A DNA stretch of 46,125 bases, taken from positions 1 through 46,125 of the forward strand of contig DYQZ01000004.1 in the NCBI GenBank assembly GCA_020719005.1. The letters are read 5' to 3'. The notes beneath the pieces were generated by a model. The model had not been told where the DNA came from. It did no database searches and worked only from the letters and a program-made list of their open reading frames with translations. Numbering within the stretch: position 1 is the first letter of the stretch; the number at the start of each line of letters is the position of its first letter. The translations under genes and the position numbers were made by a program. Positions 37,467 to 46,125 of the stretch are shown here, one piece after another. The stretch is from Candidatus Omnitrophus sp. (GTDB lineage Bacteria; Omnitrophota; Gorgyraeia; Zapsychrales; Fredricksoniimonadaceae).

Positions 37467-38581
37467 TCCAGATCATTAAAAAGAACTTGAAGAAAAGCGC
37501 CTCATCAGATCCTCTTGAGGGAAGCGTTCTTTTGCCTGAGACAGCGTTGCCTCGTCTTGAGGCTGAATATCGTCCTCTTGTTCCATCAGATCCATATCCG
37601 CTGCCTAAAGATAATCCATATCGTCGCAAAGAAGGGGGTTTTTCTGAACCTTCGTATGTCTCGGGTGAGAAACTCAAAGCGCTTTATCTGGAATTGCATG
37701 CTTCAGTTCAGTTCGCATTGACCGGCATCATTCATCGGGAAAAGATCGAGGATCTGATCGGACGTATCGTTGATATGTTCATCAATGAGCCGTATAACGA
37801 CCTTCTTTTGCTGGCGTATTCTTTTTCACGCCAGCATTATTTATCGGCGCATATTGCCAATGATGTGATCCTGACAACCGGGTTTGCCCGTAGCCTTGGT
37901 TTCTCGAGGGAGGATATGTGTGACATCGCCTTGTGTGCGTTCACGCATGACCTTGGTATGGTCGGGTCTGAGGGTGCTTCTCAAAAAGGGCAGCAGCTTT
38001 CCTCAGATGATATCAATGATATAAAACAACATCCGTCGCGTGCGGCAGAGATCGTCCGTCCTGTTTTTTCAGAGAAGATCGCCTCCGTTGTTCTTGATGT
38101 GCATGAACGTGAGAACGGGCAGGGATATCCCCGCGGGATACCGGGTGTGCGTATCCACCTTTGGGCAAAGATCATTGCGGTATGTGATGCATTTGAGGCG
38201 CTGGTCCATCCGCGCGTTTTTCGTGCGTCTTACAGTCCTTATGAGGCGATCAAGATCATCATCAAGAAGAAAGATATTCTTTTCGATGACGTCGTTGTAA
38301 GAAGGTTCATCGATTTCTTGTCTATTTATCCGGTCGGTGCTTTTGGATATCTCAATAGCGGCGAGATCGCTATGGTGCTCGGATCATCTCCAGGCTTCCC
38401 GACGCGTCCCAAGGTCAGGGTCCTCGTCAATGAGAACCGTGAGATCGAAGAACAGGGGCGAGTGATCGACCTAGCGGAAAAAGATTTTGTTTATATTGCA
38501 AGTGTTCTGGAGCCCGAAAAAGAAAAAGAGATCCTTCATTTTCTTAATCCCAGAGGTCAGATGAATGTGGATGAGGTCTAA
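37454..38581 (+). CDS. HD-GYP domain protein (c-di-GMP phosphodiesterase family)
   Basis: HDLG, IKQHP, HERENGQGYPRG, IIAVCDAFEAL...R and C-terminal IYPVG...LNSGE...RP.V. Confidence 0.9.
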   Translation: MVRLIQIIKKNLKKSASSDPLEGSVLLPETALPRLEAEYRPLVPSDPYPLPKDNPYRRKEGGFSEPSYVSGEKLKALYLELHASVQFALTGIIHREKIEDLIGRIVDMFINEPYNDLLLLAYSFSRQHYLSAHIANDVILTTGFARSLGFSREDMCDIALCAFTHDLGMVGSEGASQKGQQLSSDDINDIKQHPSRAAEIVRPVFSEKIASVVLDVHERENGQGYPRGIPGVRIHLWAKIIAVCDAFEALVHPRVFRASYSPYEAIKIIIKKKDILFDDVVVRRFIDFLSIYPVGAFGYLNSGEIAMVLGSSPGFPTRPKVRVLVNENREIEEQGRVIDLAEKDFVYIASVLEPEKEKEILHFLNPRGQMNVDEV

Positions 38582-38585
38582 GGAT

Positions 38586-39416
38586 ATGAGAGAACGTGTT
38601 TTATTATTCACGGGTGTGCTACTTTTCTCCTCAGGAGCCCTTTGGGCTCAGGTTCCTGTGTCTGAAGCGATCCGTCAACAAAGCGTCATGGAATACGGGA
38701 AAAAAGTTCTTGGGGAGGGGCAAGCCACTGCCGTAAGCGGACAGATGACCCCCTATGAACGGGATACACGGGAACTTGCGTCCCAGTTACAGGTCGTTTC
38801 TGATAATGAGGATGTCAACTATACGATCGTCAGCGGGGATACCCTGACGATTGCTTTTAGCGACCGGGGGCAGATGGTGCGTGCCGCCTACAAAGTTTCA
38901 CAGTCAGGCGAGATATTTTTGCCGTTGGCTGGTAATATCAAAGTGGCAGGGCTGAACCGTCGTCAGGCGCGTGAACGGGTGGAGGCGATGCTCAAGGAAT
39001 ATATCCGTGAGCCGCGCGTCGGGATGGTCATTAATACGGATGGGCGTGTCATGATCTTCGGCGCGGTGGGAAGTCCGGGTATATTTAATATGACGAATAA
39101 GATGTCGGTCATGGAAGCTATTTTATCGGCGGGTGGCTTTAACAAAGATAAGGCTGAAATGACAAATGTCATCATTATCCGCGGTCCTGTCGAAAAACCG
39201 GTGATCCTGAAATTGAATTTGAAGAAGATGATCACCAAAGGCGACAGGACAGATGATATTGCCGTAAAGCCGGGTGATTTCATTTATCTTCCGACGACCG
39301 TTATCGGCAGCCTCGAACGCTTTTGGGATGTGGCGTCAGGTTTCTTGATGCGCTGGTATGGTCTGGGCGGAAGTCAACCGATCCAGGGTAAAAGCTGGGA
39401 CTGGGGTGGTTTCTAA
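38586..39416 (+). CDS. Polysaccharide export protein (Wza/OPX family)
   Basis: YTIVSGDTLTI, GEIFLPLAGNIKVAGL, SLBB motif GAVGSPG...EAILSAGGF and PGDFIYLP. Confidence 0.88.
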   Translation: MRERVLLFTGVLLFSSGALWAQVPVSEAIRQQSVMEYGKKVLGEGQATAVSGQMTPYERDTRELASQLQVVSDNEDVNYTIVSGDTLTIAFSDRGQMVRAAYKVSQSGEIFLPLAGNIKVAGLNRRQARERVEAMLKEYIREPRVGMVINTDGRVMIFGAVGSPGIFNMTNKMSVMEAILSAGGFNKDKAEMTNVIIIRGPVEKPVILKLNLKKMITKGDRTDDIAVKPGDFIYLPTTVIGSLERFWDVASGFLMRWYGLGGSQPIQGKSWDWGGF

Positions 39417-41647
39417 TGGAACAAAATTACGAGATCCCTATTTCTGAATATTGGCGGGTCATGCGAAAACGCCGGATGACGGTCCTGGTCGTTTTTGGCC
39501 TGGTCGTGCTATCGACCGTTTTCTTTACAAAACTTCAGACGCCTGTTTATGTGGCGACCATCGAACTTAAGGTTGAACGGAGCATTCCCTTACAGCAGGC
39601 GCTCTCATCGGCTAAACCCGGTGATGCGACCCTTAAAGGCCTTGATCTTGGCACTGAGCTCAGGCTTTTTAAGAGCCTGAATATGTTAAGCAAGGTGGTT
39701 GAAAAGGTTGAGGTCCTGCCTGTTGAACCGGAGCGCAGAGCCCAGGCCTTGCATTCATTGGCCATGAGTTATCAGCGCAGGATCCGTGTTGAGCAGATCC
39801 CAGATACGACCATCATCACCATTACAGTGACGGCGGAAAGCCCGGAGAAAGCCGTGCTTGTGGCGAGCGCGGTCGCTGATGTTTATATGGTCGAGAACAC
39901 CCTCGGGAAGCGCCATCAGCTTGAGGCGGTATTAAAGTATGTGGATGCTCAGATCGCTCAGTACAGTCAGGAGATCGAAGCGTCTGAAGGCCGCCTTCTT
40001 AAATTCAAACAGGACGAAAAAGTCTTTGCGGTCACGCCCGAGATCAAAGCTAATCTTGACCGTATCAGTGTGGAGCGCACCTTTGAGTTTGAAGGCGAGA
40101 TGCTTTCGATCGATGCTGACCTTAAGACACTCGACGGATTGATCGCGCAAAAGAAAGCATCAGGCGACTCGTTCATGTCTGCGGATGATCTTGCGAATAA
40201 TTTTATCTTCACCGGGCTTAAACGCCGGCTTATTCAGCTGGAGTTTGAGCGGTTCCTTTTGTTGGTCGATTATACCGAGAAACACCCTGTCGTTATCGAG
40301 AAGGATACGGTCATTGCCTCGGTCAAGACCAGGATGATCGACATGATCAAGGGGGCGGTGGCCAAGCCGTTTGATGCCGAGATGGAGGCCAACCTTTCAT
40401 TCGTATTGAAGAAATTGTTCCTCGAAAGCCGCCGTGAAGTGTTATACCGCACGATCAATAAATACTATAATGACGAGGGTGCGTTGTCCTCTAATCAGAA
40501 GGATTATGTCAAACTCACACGTGAGCAGGAACGGCTCATGACCGCCTATAATAATTTGTTATCAAATCGTGAAGAAACGCGGCTTTCCATCGCTGGAACA
40601 GATGATCAGTCAGTTTCGATCGTTTCCCAGGCTAATGCCTCAAGGGACCCGATCTCGCCAAATGTGAAATTGAATTTTCTGGTCAGTATTGTTGCGGGGC
40701 TTCTGATGGGGCTGATGGCGGCGTTTATTCAGGAGAGCATGGACACGACGATCAACACGATCACGGATGTCGAGACCAAGTTGAACCTTGCTGTGCTCGG
40801 GATCATCCCGCTCATGAAAGGGGATGACACGCTTATTGTGTCCCAAGATGGGGTTGAAAAAACAGTTCCGCGTATTGACGGGCTTGTTACGTTCTACGAA
40901 CCCAGATCATGGCTTGCCCAAAGTTTTAAGATCCTTCGGACCAATTTGCTGCAGGTGATGAAGAATGGTGACAAGAAGGTCATCATGTTCACGAGTTCAG
41001 AGCAGCAGGAAGGAAAGTCAACGGTCATCGCGAATGTGGCGATCTCCATGGCGCAGCTCGGGAAAAAGACCGTGCTGTTAGGGATGAACCTGCGCCGCCC
41101 GACGCTCTACAAACGTTTTGGTCTTAAAAGAGAGCCGGGGTCAACGGATGTTCTTCTTGGTAAAGTGACATGGCAGGAGGTCCTAAAAGGATCGACCGAT
41201 ATCCTGGCGGGCGGGCTTGATGTGGATAAGTTACTTAAAATGCCGGGGCTTGATAATCTGAGGATCATCACCGCCGGGCATTCCATTGATAATATATCCG
41301 AGCTCATCAATTCATCTGCGTTTGATATCTTGATCGCTGACCTGAAAAAGAATTTTGATATTGTCCTTATTGATTGTCCGCCTATTTTGCCTGTTCCTGA
41401 TTCCATGACCATGGCCGGCCGTGTCGACGGTGTTGTGATGGTCTATAAAGTCGGGAAAACATCGCGTGATGTGCTGAAGATGGCGAAATCCCGTCTTGAG
41501 CATGTGAAGGCCCCGGTACTCGGGATCGTACTTAATCAGATCACGGGAGAAGAGCAGGTGGGCGCTTCCGCCTATCATTTCCGTGAATATGTGGAAACAA
41601 AGAACAAGTCTTCTTTTTCTCCGTTCAACTGGTTCTCCAGAGGATAG
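39416..41647 (+). CDS. wzc: Polysaccharide co-polymerase / BY-kinase (Wzc-like)
   Basis: Two TM helices with periplasmic coiled coil; PISPN; SFKILRTNL; Walker A SSEQQEGKS; VLIDCPP; LGIVLN. Confidence 0.9.
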   Translation: MEQNYEIPISEYWRVMRKRRMTVLVVFGLVVLSTVFFTKLQTPVYVATIELKVERSIPLQQALSSAKPGDATLKGLDLGTELRLFKSLNMLSKVVEKVEVLPVEPERRAQALHSLAMSYQRRIRVEQIPDTTIITITVTAESPEKAVLVASAVADVYMVENTLGKRHQLEAVLKYVDAQIAQYSQEIEASEGRLLKFKQDEKVFAVTPEIKANLDRISVERTFEFEGEMLSIDADLKTLDGLIAQKKASGDSFMSADDLANNFIFTGLKRRLIQLEFERFLLLVDYTEKHPVVIEKDTVIASVKTRMIDMIKGAVAKPFDAEMEANLSFVLKKLFLESRREVLYRTINKYYNDEGALSSNQKDYVKLTREQERLMTAYNNLLSNREETRLSIAGTDDQSVSIVSQANASRDPISPNVKLNFLVSIVAGLLMGLMAAFIQESMDTTINTITDVETKLNLAVLGIIPLMKGDDTLIVSQDGVEKTVPRIDGLVTFYEPRSWLAQSFKILRTNLLQVMKNGDKKVIMFTSSEQQEGKSTVIANVAISMAQLGKKTVLLGMNLRRPTLYKRFGLKREPGSTDVLLGKVTWQEVLKGSTDILAGGLDVDKLLKMPGLDNLRIITAGHSIDNISELINSSAFDILIADLKKNFDIVLIDCPPILPVPDSMTMAGRVDGVVMVYKVGKTSRDVLKMAKSRLEHVKAPVLGIVLNQITGEEQVGASAYHFREYVETKNKSSFSPFNWFSRG

Positions 41648-41648
41648 C

Positions 41649-43184
41649 GTGTTCTTCAGGACTGATAGTTCCTTCAACCGTGACGGTTTTTCCATACGGG
41701 GGCAGGCCTCACCGGCTGTGCTCTTGTTGGTCGGGATGTTGGGATTGGCGGGTCTCTTTTTCGGTCAGTTCATTGCAACAGCGCCGGCTGCCGCACCGCT
41801 GGTGATGGTCATCGCGTTGTTCGTCTTCGGTGTGGCGTTCTTTCGCATGGATCTGGCGCTGGTGTTCGTTATTCTGGCCATGTTATTGTCACCTGAGATC
41901 AGCGCGGGCGCTGTGGGAACGCGCGCTATCGCGATCCGTATCGAGGACGTCCTCATCGTTGTCCTGGGGATCGCATGGTTCGCGAAAGCATCTGTCCTCA
42001 AGGGCCTTGAGATCATCCCGCATACGTCCTTGAATGCCTTCATCGGGATCTATATCGGTTGTTTCTTCATATCAACGTTCCAGGGGATCATTACTATCGG
42101 TGGGAACCCGTTCAAGGCCATGTTCTATGCGCTTAAATACCTTGAATATTTTATTTTGTTCTTTCTGGTCGCCGGGACCGTGCGCCGCCGTAAAACAGCG
42201 GTAGTGTTCATCACGGCACTTCTTATCACGTTCTTCGTGGTCAATGTTTATGCGTTCACGCAGATAGGAACAGGCCGCGTCTCAGCCCCTTTTGAAGGCC
42301 CTTCCGGTGAGCCGAATACATTGGGAGGCTATCAGGTCCTGATGTTATGTGTGACATTGGGAATATTGTGTCATGCCTCTTCAAAGACATTGAGCGTGCT
42401 CCTTTCGCTGTTGGCACTTTCATGTATTTGGCCGTTTCTGCATACGCTGTCGCGTGCATCGTATGTGGCACTTGTTCCGGCTTATTTGGCGCTAGTGTTC
42501 TATTGCAGGACGCCGCGTAAAATACCGCTTATCATGATCATGCTGCTTGCGGTCTCCGTCGGTCTTCTTTTTATGCCTGAGCCTGTCAAAGAGCGTTTGG
42601 CTTATACGTTCAATGCGCCGGCGCAGGCAGGGATCACACCGGTCAAGATCTTTGGACTAACGCTTGATCCGTCTTCTTCAACACGTTGGCTCGACTGGTT
42701 GCGTGCATTTGATTATTGGAAAGCAGCACCGTTCTTTGGTTATGGTCTGGCAGGGGTCTCTTTTCTGGATAGTCAGTATGTGAATAATATGATCGAGCTC
42801 GGTGCGTTTGGTTTTGTTTCTTTTGCGTTATTGGTCTGGTTCCTTCATCGTCAGACGATCAAGGTATATCGGAATATCCAGGACCCATTGGGCAAGGGGC
42901 TTGCCCTTGGTTTTGCCGCCGGGAACATCGGGATGATCGTTCATGCGTTGACGGCGAACACGTTCATTCTTATCCGTATCATGGAGCCTTACTGGCTGAT
43001 AGCGGCGCTTATCATGGTGTGGCCGAGGATCGAGGCATTGTCACAAGTGAATACGGGAGAGGCTTATGGCGGATCATCAACAGCGTCGGCAGAAGAGCCT
43101 GTTGTTCGTCTTTCTGAAAAAAGCACTAAGCGCGTGCGTAATGTGGATATGTTGCTTAAAGATCGTAATATCGACGGGACATGA
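41649..43184 (+). CDS. O-antigen ligase / Wzy polymerase family membrane protein
   Basis: About 12 TM helices; RVSAPF...EPNTLGGY, TLSRASY, PFFGYG and DSQY...ELG.FG; GTG start just after the wzc stop. Confidence 0.82.
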   Translation: MFFRTDSSFNRDGFSIRGQASPAVLLLVGMLGLAGLFFGQFIATAPAAAPLVMVIALFVFGVAFFRMDLALVFVILAMLLSPEISAGAVGTRAIAIRIEDVLIVVLGIAWFAKASVLKGLEIIPHTSLNAFIGIYIGCFFISTFQGIITIGGNPFKAMFYALKYLEYFILFFLVAGTVRRRKTAVVFITALLITFFVVNVYAFTQIGTGRVSAPFEGPSGEPNTLGGYQVLMLCVTLGILCHASSKTLSVLLSLLALSCIWPFLHTLSRASYVALVPAYLALVFYCRTPRKIPLIMIMLLAVSVGLLFMPEPVKERLAYTFNAPAQAGITPVKIFGLTLDPSSSTRWLDWLRAFDYWKAAPFFGYGLAGVSFLDSQYVNNMIELGAFGFVSFALLVWFLHRQTIKVYRNIQDPLGKGLALGFAAGNIGMIVHALTANTFILIRIMEPYWLIAALIMVWPRIEALSQVNTGEAYGGSSTASAEEPVVRLSEKSTKRVRNVDMLLKDRNIDGT

Positions 43185-44017
43185 AAATGCGCATCAATGT
43201 ATATGAACCAAATAAAGTTTTTAAGCTGGGGCTAAATGTTTGGCCTGTTATGGTCAGTGAACTATGGGAGGCAAGAGAACTTGTTGTCCGTCTTTTTATC
43301 AGGAATTTGTCTGCGCGTCATAAGCAGTCTTTGCTCGGCATTGCTTGGTCATTTATCGTGCCTTTCGTGGCGATCGGCACATTCGTGCTGTTGAAGCGTG
43401 CGGGTATTTTAGCGATAGGGGATACGAACGTCCCGTATCCGTTGTTCGCGCTCTTGGGGCTGACATTATGGCAGTTCTTTGCAGGTGGGATATCGCTCGG
43501 CTGTAATGCGCTCATTGAGGCCGGGGATATGATCGCCAAGGTCAAGTTCCCCCGGGAAGTGCTGGTCCTTGCTTCATTAGCACAGGCGTTCTTTGAATTG
43601 CTTATTAAGTTGGGACTTATTGCGGCGGTTTGTGTTTATTATGGTTTTCTGCCGCCGTGGACAGCGGTGTTGGCTATTATGGCACTGGTGCCGTTGGTGT
43701 TCCTTACCACGGCTCTGGCGCTCTTGTTATCATTGGCTAATGCGGTCTTTCGGGATGTGGCGCAGGTCGTCATGTTCGTGACCACTTTCTGGATGTTCCT
43801 CACTCCTGTTTTATATCCTCCTTCGGGTAAGAGCGCGTGGTTATTCGCATTGAACCCGATGACCATTTTTATTCAAGTGCCGCGGGACCTGTTCTTGTAT
43901 GGAAAAACAGCTGACCCTCTAGGATTTATGGCGGCATCACTCGGAGCATTTATTCTTTTTTTATGTGCATGGCGGGTGTTCTATCTGGTTGAAACAAAGA
44001 TACCGGAGCGTTTGTAA
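43181..44017 (+). CDS. wzm: ABC-2 polysaccharide transporter permease
   Basis: RELV..LF.R.L.AR.KQSLLG.AW, KVKFPRE, FRDV and FLTPVLYP...LNP. Confidence 0.92.
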   Translation: MKMRINVYEPNKVFKLGLNVWPVMVSELWEARELVVRLFIRNLSARHKQSLLGIAWSFIVPFVAIGTFVLLKRAGILAIGDTNVPYPLFALLGLTLWQFFAGGISLGCNALIEAGDMIAKVKFPREVLVLASLAQAFFELLIKLGLIAAVCVYYGFLPPWTAVLAIMALVPLVFLTTALALLLSLANAVFRDVAQVVMFVTTFWMFLTPVLYPPSGKSAWLFALNPMTIFIQVPRDLFLYGKTADPLGFMAASLGAFILFLCAWRVFYLVETKIPERL

Positions 44018-44019
44018 CG

Positions 44020-45240
44020 ATGGCGATCGCGATACGTTCTCTACAGGCAGGCAAGAAATTCTCAAAGACCCTTAAGCAGATGATGCTTTATGGCGCCCGG
44101 GATATGGCCGCGGCCGTTATCGACGGGGGAAGAGTACCGTCCACCAATCTGCGTCTGGGGGAGTTCTGGGCAGTGAAGGATGTATCTTTTGAGCTTAAGC
44201 AGGGAGGGTCGCTTGGGATCATTGGTGCGAATGGTTCAGGCAAGACAACGCTTCTTAGGATGCTCAACGGTATTTTTATGCCTGATGACGGACAGATCGA
44301 GACGCGCGGGCGCGTTGGAGGGCTTATCCATGTAGGCGCGGGATTCCATCCTATGCTGAGCGGCCGTGAGAATATTTATATCAATGGCGCGATCCTCGGC
44401 ATGTCGATGAAGATGATACGTCAGAAGTTTGATGCTATTGCGGCATTTGCAGACTTAGGGGATTTTCTTGATGCCCCTGTGAAGCAATACTCTTCTGGCA
44501 TGTATGTGCGCCTTGGGTTTGCGATCGCGGTTCACAGTGAGGCGGACATTCTTTTACTGGATGAAGTCCTCGCTGTGGGGGACCGTGATTTTCAGCTGAA
44601 ATGCTATCAGAAACTCAATGAACTTCGTCGTAACGGAGCGACCATTGTTTTTGTGTCGCACAATGAATATTCCATCCGTGAGATGACGGAGCACTGTTTG
44701 TATCTGTGTAAAGGAAGCCCTGCTTTCTTTGGTCCGAGTGAAGAGGCGATCAGTTGTTATTTAAAAGATGTTTATACCCAGCGCGCTGCGATTATGTCGG
44801 CGGAGAGGCCTTCTGTTGGAGCATCAAAGGCTTTTATCAGAGGGTTGTGTTTCCGGGATGCGGCGGGTGCTGTTGTTGAAAGTGTTGATTCAGGCAGTCC
44901 CTTGACGATCGATGTTGAGATGGAATTCAAGGGTCCGCTCGACCATGCGATCGTAGGGGTTAATTTTTATAATGAAGAGGGGTTGGTCTATGGTGCCAAT
45001 TCTTCCTATGAAAAAGTAATACTGCCTTCTTTTGCGCCAGGGCGTGCCACTGTGAGGATCTCACTGCCGCGTTTTGATCTGCCGTCGCGTAATTATCGCG
45101 TTTCGGTATCGCTGGCGCAAGGCATGGATACTGATTTTCTGGATGTTCATCATATGGCGTATTCATTCGTGGTTGCTCGTGCCAAAGACGCGCGGGGTGT
45201 TGTCAAATTTCCGACGCAGTGGTCGGTGATCAGGACTTAG
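44020..45240 (+). CDS. wzt: ABC polysaccharide transporter ATPase with C-terminal carbohydrate-binding domain
   Basis: FWAVKDVSF, GANGSGKT, YSSGMYVRLGFA, LDEVLAVGD, VSH; ~140-aa beta-rich C-terminal extension. Confidence 0.94.
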   Translation: MAIAIRSLQAGKKFSKTLKQMMLYGARDMAAAVIDGGRVPSTNLRLGEFWAVKDVSFELKQGGSLGIIGANGSGKTTLLRMLNGIFMPDDGQIETRGRVGGLIHVGAGFHPMLSGRENIYINGAILGMSMKMIRQKFDAIAAFADLGDFLDAPVKQYSSGMYVRLGFAIAVHSEADILLLDEVLAVGDRDFQLKCYQKLNELRRNGATIVFVSHNEYSIREMTEHCLYLCKGSPAFFGPSEEAISCYLKDVYTQRAAIMSAERPSVGASKAFIRGLCFRDAAGAVVESVDSGSPLTIDVEMEFKGPLDHAIVGVNFYNEEGLVYGANSSYEKVILPSFAPGRATVRISLPRFDLPSRNYRVSVSLAQGMDTDFLDVHHMAYSFVVARAKDARGVVKFPTQWSVIRT

Positions 45241-45248
45241 AAAATCTT

Positions 45249-45890
45249 ATGAAAATACAAAAGATATGTGTCAAGGCCCGCCGGAGGATAGTGTCTTGTT
45301 TATACGGCTTTTGGGTCCCTCCGTATGACGGGATGATGGATGAACGGCGATGCCGTTTTTTGTATGATCTGATCATTCGGCATCTTCCGAAGAATGGCCT
45401 TGCGGTTGAGATCGGTGTGTTCAAGGGATGTTCAACGGCCTGGGTCGCTGCTGCTTCCCGTCGAAAGAAAGCGCGAGGGGTTGTTGCGATCGATCTTTTT
45501 ACGGGGACGCCATCTTGGGGAGAGACATGGGATACGTATCCTGAATTCATGAAAAGGCTTGAACGCAATGCTTTTAAAGACCTGGTCCGTGTTAAACGCG
45601 GGGATTCACACCAGATCGCGTTAAGTTGGAAAAAAGAAGAAGAGATCGATCTCTTGCACATTGATGGTGATCATTCCGAGGAAGGCGCGTGCCGTGATGT
45701 TACGGATTATGTGCCGTTGCTTGCAAGAAGCGGCATCATTGTTCTTGATGACCATGACGCGCTTCATCCTGGGGTATTGAAAGCGGGCCAGTTGTTAGGG
45801 TCTTTAGGATTTGAGGAGTTGTCATGCGTTCGCGGGGACCTTATGAAGGGCGGCGGAAGCATGGCGTTCCAAAGAAAGAGGGTGGTCTGA
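45249..45890 (+). CDS. Class I SAM-dependent methyltransferase (Methyltransf_24-like)
   Basis: VEIGVFKGCS, AIDLF, IDLLHIDGDH and GIIVLDD. Confidence 0.85.
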   Translation: MKIQKICVKARRRIVSCLYGFWVPPYDGMMDERRCRFLYDLIIRHLPKNGLAVEIGVFKGCSTAWVAAASRRKKARGVVAIDLFTGTPSWGETWDTYPEFMKRLERNAFKDLVRVKRGDSHQIALSWKKEEEIDLLHIDGDHSEEGACRDVTDYVPLLARSGIIVLDDHDALHPGVLKAGQLLGSLGFEELSCVRGDLMKGGGSMAFQRKRVV

Positions 45891-46125
45891 TGCCTGTGCT
45901 TGCCGTGATCCCCAGTGATCCTATCGAGGAGTATCTTTCCGGCGGGATCGACCATTTGATGGATTATTATAATCCACGCCGTTTTTTTGATAAGGTTTAC
46001 GTTCTTTCTCCTCTTGAAAAGAGGGAGCACGAAATAGACGGGCTGAGAATTATTCCGACGAAAGATAAACAGTTGCCGTCAAGGCTGAGCGATCTTGAAG
46101 TGGACCTTGTCAGGGCTTACGGCGG
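45890..46125 (+). CDS. Partial CDS, probably a glycosyltransferase N-terminus
   Basis: ATG overlaps the previous TGA; open to the window end (MPVLAVIPSDPIEEYL...FDKVYVLSP...DLVRAYG). The function call rests on context. Confidence 0.5.
   Translation, partial: MPVLAVIPSDPIEEYLSGGIDHLMDYYNPRRFFDKVYVLSPLEKREHEIDGLRIIPTKDKQLPSRLSDLEVDLVRAYG

Noticed and set aside
1-46125. CRISPR arrays, tRNA/rRNA genes, IS elements
   Set aside because: No regularly spaced repeats, cloverleaf motifs or transposase ORFs seen; intergenic regions are short and mostly explained.

Overview
Bacterial DNA with nearly all genes on the + strand. Gene content suggests an anaerobe, possibly Ca. Omnitrophota/PVC; this is inference only, as no marker gene is present. 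In order: (1) the end of an electron-bifurcating [FeFe]-hydrogenase operon (hydB, frameshifted hydA), then a PAS-type sensory hydrogenase and a SpoIIE-like phosphatase; (2) a decayed ~3 kb insertion bounded by a 46-bp duplication of the phosphatase 3' end, carrying an M28 peptidase, a split alpha/beta hydrolase, MarR and two gene remnants; (3) AAA/DUF4143 ATPase, corA, an MCP and a 5'-truncated photolyase; (4) an NrdR-box-controlled radical SAM-nrdD-nrdG unit; (5) a secreted protein, csp, a long nested hairpin, mntP and alkD; (6) a secreted 308-aa protein coupled to a 4119-aa secreted coiled-coil protein built from a quantised 78-aa, proline-pair-jointed module; (7) a surface polysaccharide locus running off the window end (WecA-like, Cache-like sensor, ExeA-like ATPase, HD-GYP, Wza, Wzc, Wzy-like, Wzm/Wzt, methyltransferase, probable glycosyltransferase). 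The best candidate for an undescribed system is the giant segmented coiled coil with its partner gene and the adjacent ExeA/HD-GYP/polysaccharide locus. No rRNA, tRNA, CRISPR array or transposase was recognised.
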